Source of the DNA: a virus
Taxonomy: Duplodnaviria > Caudoviricetes
DNA length: 64,000 bases
IMG/VR virus record: IMGVR_UViG_3300017911_001697
Coordinates: 1 to 64,000 of that record
Direction: 5' to 3' (one strand)
In this document: positions 8,490 to 20,900 of the stretch, one piece after another
Layout of the letters: each line of letters begins with the position of its first letter
Position numbering within the stretch: position 1 is the first letter of the stretch
Position numbers and translations under genes: made by a program
The notes under the pieces: generated by a model
Databases searched by the model: none
Told to the model about the DNA's origin: nothing
What the model saw: only the letters and a program-made list of their open reading frames with translations

Positions 8490-9461
8490 TTATGAGCCTG
8501 TTATATTACCCATGCTGTCTGTTGGTACTGCAAAACTAAATCCTGAACCACTTGCATCTGGCTGATTGCGTCTTGCATTGATTGTTAATGTACCGTCTAC
8601 GTTTTGGTCAAGCACGTTATCGCCTGCGTCAAGTAATGTTGTTTTAAGTGTAATCACTGTTGGGTTAGTTGTTGAATTAACTTTTCCTTCTACTTTGATA
8701 TAGTCAGATGTATAAGGAGAACTACCACCATAGTAAATTACCAACTGTTGATATGATGTTGTTAGTTCATAAAAACCAATACCTGCACTTGTACCTGCAC
8801 TAGCACTTGTTGTGTTGTAGTATAACCAAATATCACTGATAGCACTTAATTTGTTTGTCCACTGAGTGTTCTGGTCATGACTTGAACCGCCACTTCTACT
8901 TGCACTAACACCTACTGCACCACCGCCGTTAAAGAATGCTCTACAAGCACCCTCATTAGCAAACGTCCATGTAGTTTCTTGTGTTAGTGTATTAGTCCAC
9001 GCACTGGTTCTAGTTTTACTGGCATCTGTTGATGCAGTTCTACTTGCTGGGCCAAATCTATCATTCCAGCAATCTTCAATGTTTAACATCAAGTTATTCC
9101 ATGTAGTTGCTTGAATTGTATCTGATGTTGTTACGTCTGTTTCGACGCCGCTTCTAACTGAAATACCTAAAAATGCACACATTGCTTGCACGTCATCCTG
9201 TAAGTCTTTGAAACCTCCGGCGCCTGTATCTTGTACAGTATTGCCTGCTGTTGCAGCACTAACACCAGCACCACCTTGGCCCCAGCCTTTTGTGCTTGCT
9301 GCAGTATAAGTGCCTAATGTAACATCAGCCGCACCACCGAGTAACGTATTAACATTTGTTCTTGCATTATTAAAGTCGTCAGCATCGATAAGGTCAGTAC
9401 CTGCTACGACTTGTGTCATATTAGTACCACCTGAGATTGTGATTGATGATCCTGATGCCAT
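8490..9461 (-). CDS. virion structural protein (fibre/baseplate associated)
   Basis: 323 aa, S/T/G/A-rich, internal repeat I.A.DFN..R / I.ATTWN.L. Confidence 0.6.
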   Translation of the reverse strand: MASGSSITISGGTNMTQVVAGTDLIDADDFNNARTNVNTLLGGAADVTLGTYTAASTKGWGQGGAGVSAATAGNTVQDTGAGGFKDLQDDVQAMCAFLGISVRSGVETDVTTSDTIQATTWNNLMLNIEDCWNDRFGPASRTASTDASKTRTSAWTNTLTQETTWTFANEGACRAFFNGGGAVGVSASRSGGSSHDQNTQWTNKLSAISDIWLYYNTTSASAGTSAGIGFYELTTSYQQLVIYYGGSSPYTSDYIKVEGKVNSTTNPTVITLKTTLLDAGDNVLDQNVDGTLTINARRNQPDASGSGFSFAVPTDSMGNITGS

Positions 9462-9475
9462 TTGTTATCTCCTAA

Positions 9476-11308
9476 TTATTTTACACCAATTACGGCTTCG
9501 ACAACACCTTGGTCGCCGTCGTTCTTGTCTTCTAGTGCTCTACCGATAATTGCTTGTACAGAAACATCTTCTCCTGCAACTGCCCATGCAACTCCTGGAA
9601 CGTCACTACTAATTAATCTTTCACCTTTGCGAACTTTGCCAATAACTTTTACAGGTACACGACCTTGTAATGCTACTGGTAATCCGCCTTCTAGATCCTT
9701 ATTCATTAAGTATGCTGGATCTGTTGATATCACGCCAAACACTTCTGTGTCTGCATGACTTGTTGTTTGTGTTATTTCTGCTGTGCCACCAATTTTAACA
9801 ACTGTGCCTGGCTCGTAATCAGCATCTGGTGCATATTTCTCTGCCAAGTCAGCATAACGTGCACTTGTTGATACGCCACTAAATACACCACCTGTTATGG
9901 TTGCTGTACCGTCATCAAATGTATCTGCTGTTACTGTACCACTAAATGAACCAGTTGTACCACTGAATGTAGTTGTTGTTAGTGTTCCTGATGATGGATT
10001 ATAAGTGTATGCAGAATCTGTTCTAACTTGTTCATTACCTGATGCAGCATCAGTGAACAGTGGGTAGTGTGTTGCATTAGTTGTGTTAGTTGGCACTAAT
10101 GTCACCAATGATGCAGTAGCATCAGATGCTCTAGTATCAACGTATGTTTTATTGGCAATGTCGTTGCCACTTGAAGGTGCATCTGAAATAGTACCACTTG
10201 TTAATGTTACATCAGTGATGTCTGCACTTTCTAAGTTTAATATTTCATTGATGCCATCAAAATCTAAGTTGCCTGAAACTGATAGATCATGCACATAAAT
10301 TTCATTGATTTCATTTGATGATGTTCCAAAATTAACAGTGCCTACTATACCAACAGTTTGTGGAGTAGTAGGGTTACCAATTTGAATTTGATCAACATGC
10401 AAGTCACCAAATCTGTTAGTTGCATTACCTAACGCATAGTTACCACTGACAGTACCGCTTGGTGTCCAGTTTGTTGAACCTACATGAATGATGTCTGCTG
10501 CAGGAATAGTTGCACCAGTGTAAATTGCATTTGCTTTGTCTGCCCATTCACTTGTGCCTGACTGTGCCACAGTTGATTCTGTGTAGTCGGCTCTTAAATT
10601 CATACCTTTTGTAAATGTTGCACCAAAACTGTTTGAGTCAGACAATGTGCTATAATAAGGATCACTTGCTGCAAGTGTAAATGCTCTGTCAGAGAACACT
10701 GCCATCACTGTAGCGTTTGCACTATCGTGTGCATCATCTGCTAATTCGCCTTCATAGCCACTTGCGGCGTCACTTACATATTTAAGTGCTACAACTGGAA
10801 TAATTTTAGCAGTAGAATCTGTGCTCTCTAAGAACAATGTCTCAACTTTTGCACCGTAATTGTTTGCACTACCTGATGCTGCTACGTTACCTGCATAAGC
10901 AGAAGTGACTGTACCACCTGGTAAAACTGCATCTCTAAAAGTACTGCCGTCATAAACTTTTAATTTATCTTCAACGTTATTAAAGTATTGTGTACCTGAA
11001 ACAACATTGCTTGTTATTTCTGTTGCTGATACAGGAACTGTTGATGTTCTTGCCCAGGTGCTGCCATTATAAACACGCAATGTGTTTTCACTTTTGTTAT
11101 ACCAGAGTTGACCTGTTAACAAATAAGTAGGACTTGGTGGTACGTTACTTGCAAAATTTTCTAAGTGTCTTACAGTATTAGTTACAATACTTTGACCATA
11201 GTTAGTGGCGTTTCTACCAATAACAGTAAGCGACAACGAACTGCTGTCTTTTGACTCATCTGCTACGCTGATTGTAACGCCATCGTTAGTTGTTACTGAA
11301 TACGCCAT
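9476..11308 (-). CDS. tail fibre/baseplate appendage protein with C-terminal peptidase G2-like autocleaving chaperone domain
   Basis: N-terminal L.VIGRNATNYGQ...LENFA...GQLWY baseplate-attachment motif; C-terminal ARYADLAEKY...GVISTDPAYLMN...VALQGRVPVKV. Confidence 0.7.
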   Translation of the reverse strand: MAYSVTTNDGVTISVADESKDSSSLSLTVIGRNATNYGQSIVTNTVRHLENFASNVPPSPTYLLTGQLWYNKSENTLRVYNGSTWARTSTVPVSATEITSNVVSGTQYFNNVEDKLKVYDGSTFRDAVLPGGTVTSAYAGNVAASGSANNYGAKVETLFLESTDSTAKIIPVVALKYVSDAASGYEGELADDAHDSANATVMAVFSDRAFTLAASDPYYSTLSDSNSFGATFTKGMNLRADYTESTVAQSGTSEWADKANAIYTGATIPAADIIHVGSTNWTPSGTVSGNYALGNATNRFGDLHVDQIQIGNPTTPQTVGIVGTVNFGTSSNEINEIYVHDLSVSGNLDFDGINEILNLESADITDVTLTSGTISDAPSSGNDIANKTYVDTRASDATASLVTLVPTNTTNATHYPLFTDAASGNEQVRTDSAYTYNPSSGTLTTTTFSGTTGSFSGTVTADTFDDGTATITGGVFSGVSTSARYADLAEKYAPDADYEPGTVVKIGGTAEITQTTSHADTEVFGVISTDPAYLMNKDLEGGLPVALQGRVPVKVIGKVRKGERLISSDVPGVAWAVAGEDVSVQAIIGRALEDKNDGDQGVVEAVIGVK

Positions 11309-11321
11309 TTCTTATTCCTCA

Positions 11322-11954
11322 TTAACTCAATTGAACCCTAATTGTATAAATTATTTCTATCACCCTGTTTTGGCTTTTTTGTACTGGGTGAAATATAACG
11401 TGTGTTAACATTTCTGAATCATTAAAATCAGTTGCATTTGTAAACACGCCTAATTCATCAAAAATATAATCCCCTGTATTTGTTGTACTGCTATCAAAAA
11501 CATCTTGGTCACTGGGTTCACTGTATCCTAAAGTAACTGTCATTTTAATATCAGTATAAGAAGCACCTGTAACAATTTCAATTTTGTTGTCCTCATCTGC
11601 CTGAGAACCTTGTATATCTTTATGATATGTCTTGTTATACAGTGAAGCCGAGGCTTCATATGCTTCGCTAACTCGTGGAGAACGATACAAAACTTTACCA
11701 CCACTGCTGTCAATAGAGGTACCGCCGTTTCCAAAAGCAATAAAATTAATATACGAATCAGCGGTGTTATTCAGTGCTTGTGCAACAATTCTTGCCATGT
11801 TGCCGTAATGAATAGCATTTCTTTTGTTGATTATTTCTTCTTTGGTTTCCTTATCACGGATAACAATGTGTCCGCTCATGTTTAAACCTGCATTATCAAC
11901 TGTGCCTTCGTTCATTTCTGCTTTCTTCTCGTCTTTTTGTTGTTCGTTCTGCAT
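11322..11954 (-). CDS. baseplate/tail structural protein
   Basis: NAIHYGN, IAFGNGGT, FDELG, LTHVIFHPVQKS motifs; between the giant baseplate and fibre genes. Confidence 0.6.
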   Translation of the reverse strand: MQNEQQKDEKKAEMNEGTVDNAGLNMSGHIVIRDKETKEEIINKRNAIHYGNMARIVAQALNNTADSYINFIAFGNGGTSIDSSGGKVLYRSPRVSEAYEASASLYNKTYHKDIQGSQADEDNKIEIVTGASYTDIKMTVTLGYSEPSDQDVFDSSTTNTGDYIFDELGVFTNATDFNDSEMLTHVIFHPVQKSQNRVIEIIYTIRVQLS

Positions 11955-11960
11955 TGTACT

Positions 11961-11968
11961 TATTTATC
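11961..11968 (-). promoter_or_regulatory. late promoter GATAAATA, 6 nt before the ATG at 11954
   Basis: Recurrent motif; no SD between motif and start. Confidence 0.6.
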
Positions 11969-11988
11969 ACTTTTCATTAAAGTATAAT

Positions 11989-14900
11989 TTAAATGCTGTC
12001 CCACCCGATGCTATCCCATGCAACACTGTCGAAACCAATACTTGATACTAGATCGCCATGCAAGAATGCACCAATTGTGGTAACTGTGCTTCTGTTTGTT
12101 TTGTCTGTTAAACTTAATGTTGTGCCGTCTGATTTTAACCAAACTGCTGTGTCTGGATCTCTGTCTTCATATCCTGCTGACCCACCTTTGTTTTCAGGTT
12201 GATTGAATATGTCTTTGCGTCCTGCACCAACTACTGTAACACCTGTGTTGTGTCCTAAATAAGTATTACCTTGTGTTGCTACATTGCCTGTGTATTCAAA
12301 CACAGGACCATTTGGTATTGTAGTACCTCTGGTACCTCTGACTACACCTTTCAGTGTATTGCCTGAAATTCTGTTGTATTCTATTCTTTCACTGCCATCA
12401 ATCCATGCAGCTCCCGGTATGCCAGGTTGCGGAGTAGGCAATTTGCTTGCATCAACAACTTCGATTTCTGTGTCCCATGCATTTACAAAACTAGCAGTTG
12501 TAGTCGAAGTAGAACCATCTGCTAAAATTCTCAGATATTCTGTTGCACCATACAAGTCTTGATGAACTAAGTATTCTACTGCTACTGCACTGACACCACT
12601 TGTTATAGAAACTGTACCAGCATTGTTTACAACATTTGCATCGACCCCAGACAAAGGAATAGTAAATGTTGTTGCTGTAACATTTGAAATAGTGTATGAA
12701 CCTTCTATAATAGTATTACCAACATCACTTAGTGTAACTGTGTCACCATTATCTAGTAGTGGTGATGCTAACGTACTACTGATAGTCACTGTACCACTTA
12801 CACTGTTAGACACACTGTCAGCGTCATAAGGTCCAACACTAATTGAATCTACAATATTGTTGTTTGCATCAAATGCATTTGGTGATGTTTTAACACTCAT
12901 CACTAAATTTTCTAATGGGCTGAGATATACAAGTTCTTCAGGTCGTTCTTCGCCATACAATAAATGATTAAATGACCAACCGTCAAATCCATCGTATGTT
13001 ACACCTGCTTCTCTGTAAGTACTGTTGCCACTGAATATGCCTTCGAAGTTATCTACTGAAACAAAATCGTCCCACATATCACCGAAGCCTTCTGGTGCAT
13101 CAAATGGAGTAGTATCGTAGCCATATGCTGTTTGTAGTTCTAATGAATCTCTGCCTTGTACAACACGAGTGAACACATTTGCATCAAGTTCTTCACCTTG
13201 CCATGTGCCACCTACTTTCTCTTTGACTAGCAGTAGTGTACCGTTTAAAGCACCTGCAGCAACTGCTGTACGCATCTGTGTGCTGTTTTCTACTATACTG
13301 GTATTACTACTAGAGCCTTCGCCGAAGTAATCATTAATTTCTTTGTCAAACACAGTTCTAACTTGCGGATCAAACTTGAATATTCTTGCACTAGCACTGT
13401 ATGTATTTGACGCAACATTAGCAATAGTATCGTTGTTTGCAGAATTAATGTTAGCAATATTATCCGCAATACTCACAGAGTATGACGTAGACGCAGCATT
13501 AAAGTCTGATTCTAGTAGTCTCCAGTCAGTTCTGTCAAATATCAAACTAATATTACCTGTTCTCACAGGAACATTTGCAGTGTCCCACTGTGTTTGTGTT
13601 CCGCTATATCCTGAATATGCTTTAGTGTAATCAGAGTTCTTAGACATGATTTCTCTGTCTGGAGCAAAACCAAAGTCCATGGTTCTAACTTCACCTAAAC
13701 TGCTGTCTGCATAAGGTGGTAAGTCATAGTCACTGACCATTTGTTCGTTTATATATTCGATAGGTGCACGTTTACCATCTTTGTATTCTCTGATTTTTGC
13801 AGTAAAAGGCTTGACTTCGTTGAAGTATTCAACTACACTGTCAAAGTTGTCTGGCTTGTAACCCACACGTTGTACTAAGTCTTCCTCTTCTTTTTCAACA
13901 TACACATACGATGTTTTAAATGCCCAGTCAAGTTCTCTTTGTTCACCTAGTGCATAATTCATCAGTTCAAAGAATACTTTGTTGAAGTTTTCTGTGCCGA
14001 GGAATATGTTGTCTTTGAGCACATACAAAAACTCTCTGAGCTCTGACTGCATGGTGCTGTCTATGTCTTGAGTATAAATTTTATTAGACAGTTTTACAGT
14101 TTCATTTTGAATTGCAATCTGTACAAAGCCTTCTTCTCTACAACAGTATCTCCACAATTGATACCTATCACTTTGAGATGCACGAACCATAACCACTGTG
14201 CCATCTGCAACATTTGCTAAAGAATCAAGTTGTTTAACACTTGAAACAGTGAATGCAGCTTTGAAAGTTTTATCGTATCTAATTTTTTCATTGGTTACTT
14301 GATCTGTACGTTGTACTGCATACCAGTTAACAGTATCAATATATTTCATGCTAGACATACTGTTCTGCCATGTTGTATTCAGTGTGTTCAACTTCAAGTC
14401 TGCTAATAATTCGTTAACAATGTAATGCAATGCACGTCTTGCTTCTTTTGCATCTTTAAACATTGTTTGACGTGGTCTAAACTTAATACCGTAACGCTCA
14501 ACCTCACTGAGATTTGATGCTGGAACAGCATTGCCTTCTGAATCAATCTCTGTTAAACTGTCAATGAGTTTGTTTGCTAAATCTTCAGGAACATCACTGT
14601 TATTGTCTCCTTCACGCATCAACTTCCACGATGCATGCTTTAGCCCAATTGGATTTAAGTTCCTGCTAAGGTTAATTTGTATGTTTTGCTCATCTTCACG
14701 TAAAGTCTTTGTTAGATTACTCATAACAAAACTTGCAATATTTTTAGATGTTTGGGTTCCTGCACTTATAAAGCTCACAGTGTTAATACCTTGACCAATT
14801 GGGTCTGCAAGATATTTTGCTATATCAAACGTGCTGAACTTGCGACCTGCTTGTGTAGCAGCCAAAGTACTAATTTCTCGAACATTCTGTACCCAATAGT

Positions 14901-17900
14901 AATAATATGTCTCATATTGTCCTGTTGAAGGATCAATGTTTCTTTCTACTATAAACTCGCTGGCATTTTTAGGTGTACCTGTTCCTGAATATTCAAATGG
15001 TTGCTGTTTACTTTCAACCCATTCGTACACAGTAATACCACTACCCGGGAATGTACTACCCCAATTCAGCCAACGCTCTTTGTTTGTGCCCTGCTCGTAC
15101 CAGTTGTATCTAACTGTGCTGGTGTTCCACCATACTTGCCCAACTTGCTCTTTGCCAAACACAGCACGGCGTCTAGTGTACACCACTGGGTCATGTTCGC
15201 CGAAATAATCAATTTCAGCATCAACAAATGCTGGGAAAATGCCTTTGAAAGGATCCCACATGTTGTAATCAAAATCTTTTTCGCCTGTGGTACTATCGTA
15301 TAAAATAGTGTTCTTGATATACTTAGGATCGACTAAATCTATCTGTGAACGTTTTAAATTACCATTTTCATAGTACTTCCATTTGCCATCAACGTCATCA
15401 ATCCAAACTTGTTCAAATTCTTCCTTGGTTGCAGGAATGCTTGCATCTGGGAACGCTGTACTAGAAGAAGCAATATCTTCTTCTTTATGATACCGCTGAC
15501 TTTCAAGATACAATACTCTACAATCTGTTGAGCTTATGCTGGTGTTAACTGGTTCGCCATTTAGATTACGCAATTCGTATTGGAATAAGTCACCAACGTA
15601 TGTGACGTTAGCATTGCCTAAAATACTAGAGTCGTCGCTCTTAAATCCATTGTTGTCTACTCCGTACAGCACAAGAACTTCTTCAGGTAATTCGTAACCA
15701 GTCTCATCAGAACCATATTCACTGTCTTGCCCTAAAGTACCCGGTGTACCAGGGATAAACGGTGTTTCACTTCTGCCGAAATTATCGTCTGTGCCGTCAA
15801 TGAGATCTATTACACCATCAGTGTCTAAATTCTTATCGTTAGTCGGTGTGCCGTCTACAGCAGACATTGGTGTTTGATCTGGATTGTAATCTCCGGGTGG
15901 TACACCCAACTTGTCCAGGAATCCGGGCGTTAATTCATCGAATTTTACACCGTCATAGGAAGGTGCATTCAGAATTAATTCGTCCAAATCTTCGTTGATT
16001 GGCTGCACATCAAAATTAATGTCAGTTGGATCGTAGCCAGCATTTTGCAAGGCATTGTTCAAAGCATCGGCTAAATGCTGAACAGTTGGCACTTCGATAA
16101 CTTGATCTGGTATGCCTAACTTGTTTCTAACATCGCCTCTTTCAGAACAATCAGGTATTTCTCTGGCTGTTAAGAATATTCTTGCACCAAAGCCTGCACT
16201 TCCGTGTCCGCTTAGTGTTCCGTACTTGCCTACAATTGGATCCCAATTACCAGGACTACCAAGTCGTTCGTATGTGACTGGATGATATTGTCCTAATCCT
16301 GAACTAAACTTAGGTGGCATTTCGCCGGCGTGCTCATCGCCTAAGTTGATTCCATCATACTCTAGTGGTACACCTGTTGCTAAATCTGCTGGGAATTCTT
16401 TATAAATTCCTCTGTCAATGACTTTTAAACTCTGAATAGTGCCTTCCGGATCCACTGCTGTGACTACAAACTTGGCAGGTCGTTCAGGCATACCGGCAGT
16501 TTCAACCATGTTACCGCTAGGCGACATTGTTTCTGTTTTGATTATGGGTCTAACTTTACATGGTATTTTGGCATACGCAACACCAGTATCTGGATGAGTA
16601 TACCCTGGCCCGCTGTCTATAATTCGTACTTTAGGTGGCTTTGCAGGATCATAACCTCTGCCTGATCTCAATATTGGGATACTCTTGATTCGACCTAGTA
16701 TATCTATTTCGGGCTTGCCTGCTTCACATTCTGAACCTGGAGTAGTGCCGTCACCAATAAAAACATGCACATTAGCGGCATCTGAATAGTACATACCTTC
16801 AATTTCGATACACAGTTCAGTGATAGAACCAAACGGCGATGATACAGGAGTACCACCAACAACTCTCAATCTATCACCAACTCGATAACCTTTACCACCG
16901 GTGTGATTAACACTTGCTCGGATTTCCGGCACTCTGTCTTGTCCAACCATCTGTGACGCTGTTTGAGTGTTAGCAGCCGTGGTTGAATTTCCATTGGTTG
17001 TAGTAGTTGTGTTAACGCTTGCTGTGGTTAATCCTGCAACGTGAGTACCTGTTGTAGTCGAAGTTGACTGAGTAGTTACTTCGTTGGGCAACTGATTGCT
17101 CACAGTGTATGTGTTGCCGTTGATGGCATATTGGTCCTGTGTAGAATCTGTTAATGAGAAGTTTTTCACAATGTGGAAGTCTAATACTTCTTTGTATGTG
17201 CCGCCTCTACAACCATCGCGGAATGTTAAAGGAACTGATCCACATGCACTAATAGTTACAGCGTTTTGATTACCGCTGTAACTAGGTATTGCTGTATAAC
17301 CGAATCCACCTGAACATTCAAACTCTTTGAGGGTTGCTGCAGGTGTGCCTTTGATTGTGATAGTCTGTGTGTTAACAATTACTTGATCACCAGGTGTTAA
17401 GCCTATCATATCATTTTCTGTTAATGTTATACTTGGCGTAGGCCTATAGATTGGTGCTACAGCAGTTGGCCCGGCCGGTTCGTAAACGTAGCCGCCGCCT
17501 GCTGGTCTCTTTCTTGTAGGAGTCACTGTCATTAAAGGCACTTCAGTGTACTGAATGTCTGGATCTAGTGGAGCATCCTCACTCGGTATAGTCTCTGAAG
17601 GGGTTAATGTATCAGAAAACTGTGTGGTTAATCCTCTTAATGTAGTACTGTCGTATACTAATCCGCCTGGTATAATAGTAGGATCACCTGCTGGAATAGT
17701 TGTAAATGTTACCACAGAACTGTCACTGCCATCACCTGACCCATCTGTGCCAGGGATAAATGTTGAAGATCTTGTACGCAACACATTGTCTGTGCCCGTG
17801 CTTCCATCAAAACCTGGTACGCTGATAGTTTGTATATCATAATTACTGCTTGCAATCTTTAACAGTTTTTCATCTATTAAATCATTACCCCAGAAACTGG

Positions 17901-20900
17901 AATTACCAAACTTGTCAGAACCTGGATACAGTGCAATGTCAACACCTTTAATTGCTCTTCTTGCAATAGGTATTGGTGGAGCAATAGGTGCAGCCAATGG
18001 TATTACTCGGCCTCCACTTGCACGTTGTTGTGTAACATTCACATATCTGTTATCGCCTAACGGCTGAAGCCTACCAACATTTTGAGGATTAACAGTTTTG
18101 ACTGTCTTTTTAAATATGCTTGGCATGTGTGTGAAACCTGCCATTGGTGCTAAACTGAATCCGCCAAAGTTATGCGAGTAGTTTAGGCCTGCAACGTTAA
18201 AGCGGAATGAGCCACCGCCGCCTGCGTATGGACCAGTCGGCAAAATTGGACTAGCAACTTTCAACTTAGTAGTTGGAAGACCAGTTGGGTTAATAATTGG
18301 CGTTGTTGCCACGCTACTGGTATTAGGATTAGTTGTACCGTTAGAAACACCAGTGTTTAATTGTCCCGGGTTAGGGTTACTTTGTGCAGTACCTATAGCT
18401 CTGCCAGTGTCAGTCAGAGTAGGATAGCAGATCATGTATCTGTACACACTGCTTCTCTTGTCAACTTCCACAACAAGATTTCTGCCTTTGGTGTGATCAA
18501 AATTAAATTCTAATACTCCACAATACTTAATACCTCCTGGTACACCGTTATCACGTATATAATCTTTTGGAAACTGATTGGGGTTTACATTTCCAGGGAG
18601 ATTCCAGTTTATATTTGGATATATATTTGTATTTGTGGTTGTGATTGGATTCAATCCTCTGCTGTCAAATAAATCTTGCTTTTCTTGGGCTGTGGCATTC
18701 CTCAAGAGTCCGCCAGTCCATGCAACTCGTTGCTTGCCAGCAATATTAGTGCCGCTGTACTGATAAACACTCAGTGAGTCTGTTGCTGCATCCATGTCGA
18801 TGATCAATTTGATTGCGCCGTCAACTGCATCTATCTGGTAATACCATGCATCGTCAACTCCATTAGTTGTTGTGGACTGCTCCTGGTATTCGCATTTTTC
18901 ATACACTGTGACCGTTGGTGGTGGCACATAAGGTTGTTGGCCAACTTCAATAACGACTAATACGTCAGTGTCGATGTTGCCTTCGGAATCTGCTATATCG
19001 TATGTGAACGTATCGCCGCCTTCATATCCTGTTTCAGGAATGTATGTAAATGATCCGTTTGATGCTAAATTAAATGTACCAGCATGATGCTCGGGCGGTC
19101 TATTCAGTGTTACAGTTAAAGAGTCACCTTCGGGATCACTGTCGTTGTCTAACACATTGCCAGTAAACTGTGTTTCGAAAGCAGTAAAATACTGATCTAC
19201 AATGGCCTCTGGCGGTAAGTTTGGTGGAGGTGGTGGAGGTGGAATAACCAAAGTACCACAACCTTGTGTTGGCGGTGTATGTACCACATAAGGATTGACC
19301 ACCACTGCACCAGTGTTGTTAGTTGCATAGCCTGATGGTGTTGGGAATGTCAGTGTTGGTATACCACTACCACTACCGGGAACTGGTTGCTGCACAGATT
19401 TGTTGTGAGATAATAGTTCTCCAACAATGTATGTGTGTGCATCAGTGACAGTGATAACAACAATATCGCCAGCAGCTTCGTCATCTTCTATGCTGACAAC
19501 ACTGTGTCCTTGCACATCATCGCCTACTTTTAAATCTTGTACTTCTACCCAATTTTCATTTACTTTAAATTTGTGTGTTAATGAACCTATGAATTCAAAC
19601 CCATCATCAAACGTGACTTTTGTTCGTTGCTCCTGCTTGATCTCAACATACTCAACATCATACAAGCCAAACTCACCTGTGTGCTCGTGTGCAGTGAATA
19701 CTTTGTCTCCTACTTGTAAGTTGCCCGCGGGTTTTGTTTTACCGTCTTGTGATATCTTAATTGGCATCTCTGGTGCGGGACAAGATGTAGTAACAGGAGG
19801 ATTAGTTATAGTTTGAATAGTGCCCAGCAAATTTAAAAATGTCTGACTAGCACCCGACGCTGTTGGTTTAACTGTGCCACCAAATGTGCTGTTGATAAAT
19901 GTGTTATTGGTACCCAGCGATGATGCAGCAGTTTTGCCCCTGGTTCCTGGATTGGTAAAATTATTACCTGCTCCACTAGTTGCAGTGCTGTACCCGCCAA
20001 CGCTTGTGCTAGGATTAAAATAACTAGTATTTAATTTGGTACTCATTGGTGTTACACTTGCACCTGAGCTTAATGTTCCTCGTTGTGCTTTTTGACTTAT
20101 CTTTGACTGCCCAGTACTGGTTTTATTGAATCCTTTTAACTGAGAGCCAGGAGAACCCACTGGCAAATTGCCTGTCTGCACTAGGTTTGTTGTTGATATT
20201 CCAGCAAAGTTGTTTACATAAGGAGATGATCCTCTGGTTTGTCCTAACATGCCTCCAGTGGCTGAGTTATGCAGTGGATTCTTGAGCATGGGTATACCCA
20301 TTGTAAAACTACCGGGTGCTTTAATCCAACCACGTCTTAATGCAAAGCCTCTGTTCAATGCCTCGATCATACCATCTAAACTTGTAATGTTGTCTATTTT
20401 GATATTAGAATTGTTTAATGATATAACATCATGATCCAATGTATTCATCACAGTGGTGTTTGCATCCATGTTGATAGTTTGATCATTAAATGGATATGCA
20501 CCAGCAACAACAATAGTGTTTGCACTTGGAATTTTGTCTACTCTATAAACCCTGTTGTAGAATTTTTCCTTTGAATTATGAATAGCAATCTTTTTATTCT
20601 TGTAATCAATTTTGATTCCATGAGGTTCACTTGTTGTGATAGTGATATAAGGTGTTACAATATTGCCTGTTGTTGGCCCACTAGCAATATAAGGAGCCTG
20701 TATACAGAATGTGTTTGCACTTGCACTTTCTACTGGCCACTGTCCGCTATAAGGCCCTGCTACAATTTTAACTGTTTGTCCGCCGAGGAATCCGTGTCCG
20801 TCTGAGGTTATTTGTGTCCTATTAAAGAAACGCACAGTCATGTTTGCAGGCTCAACATTACCACTTAGTGTTTCATTAATGGTAAATGTGCTGTTTGCAA

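Noticed and set aside
19402-19782. Canonical splicing intein or homing element
   Set aside because: The +1 residue is Lys, not Cys/Ser/Thr, and there is no endonuclease insert; kept only as a cleavage-type Hint.
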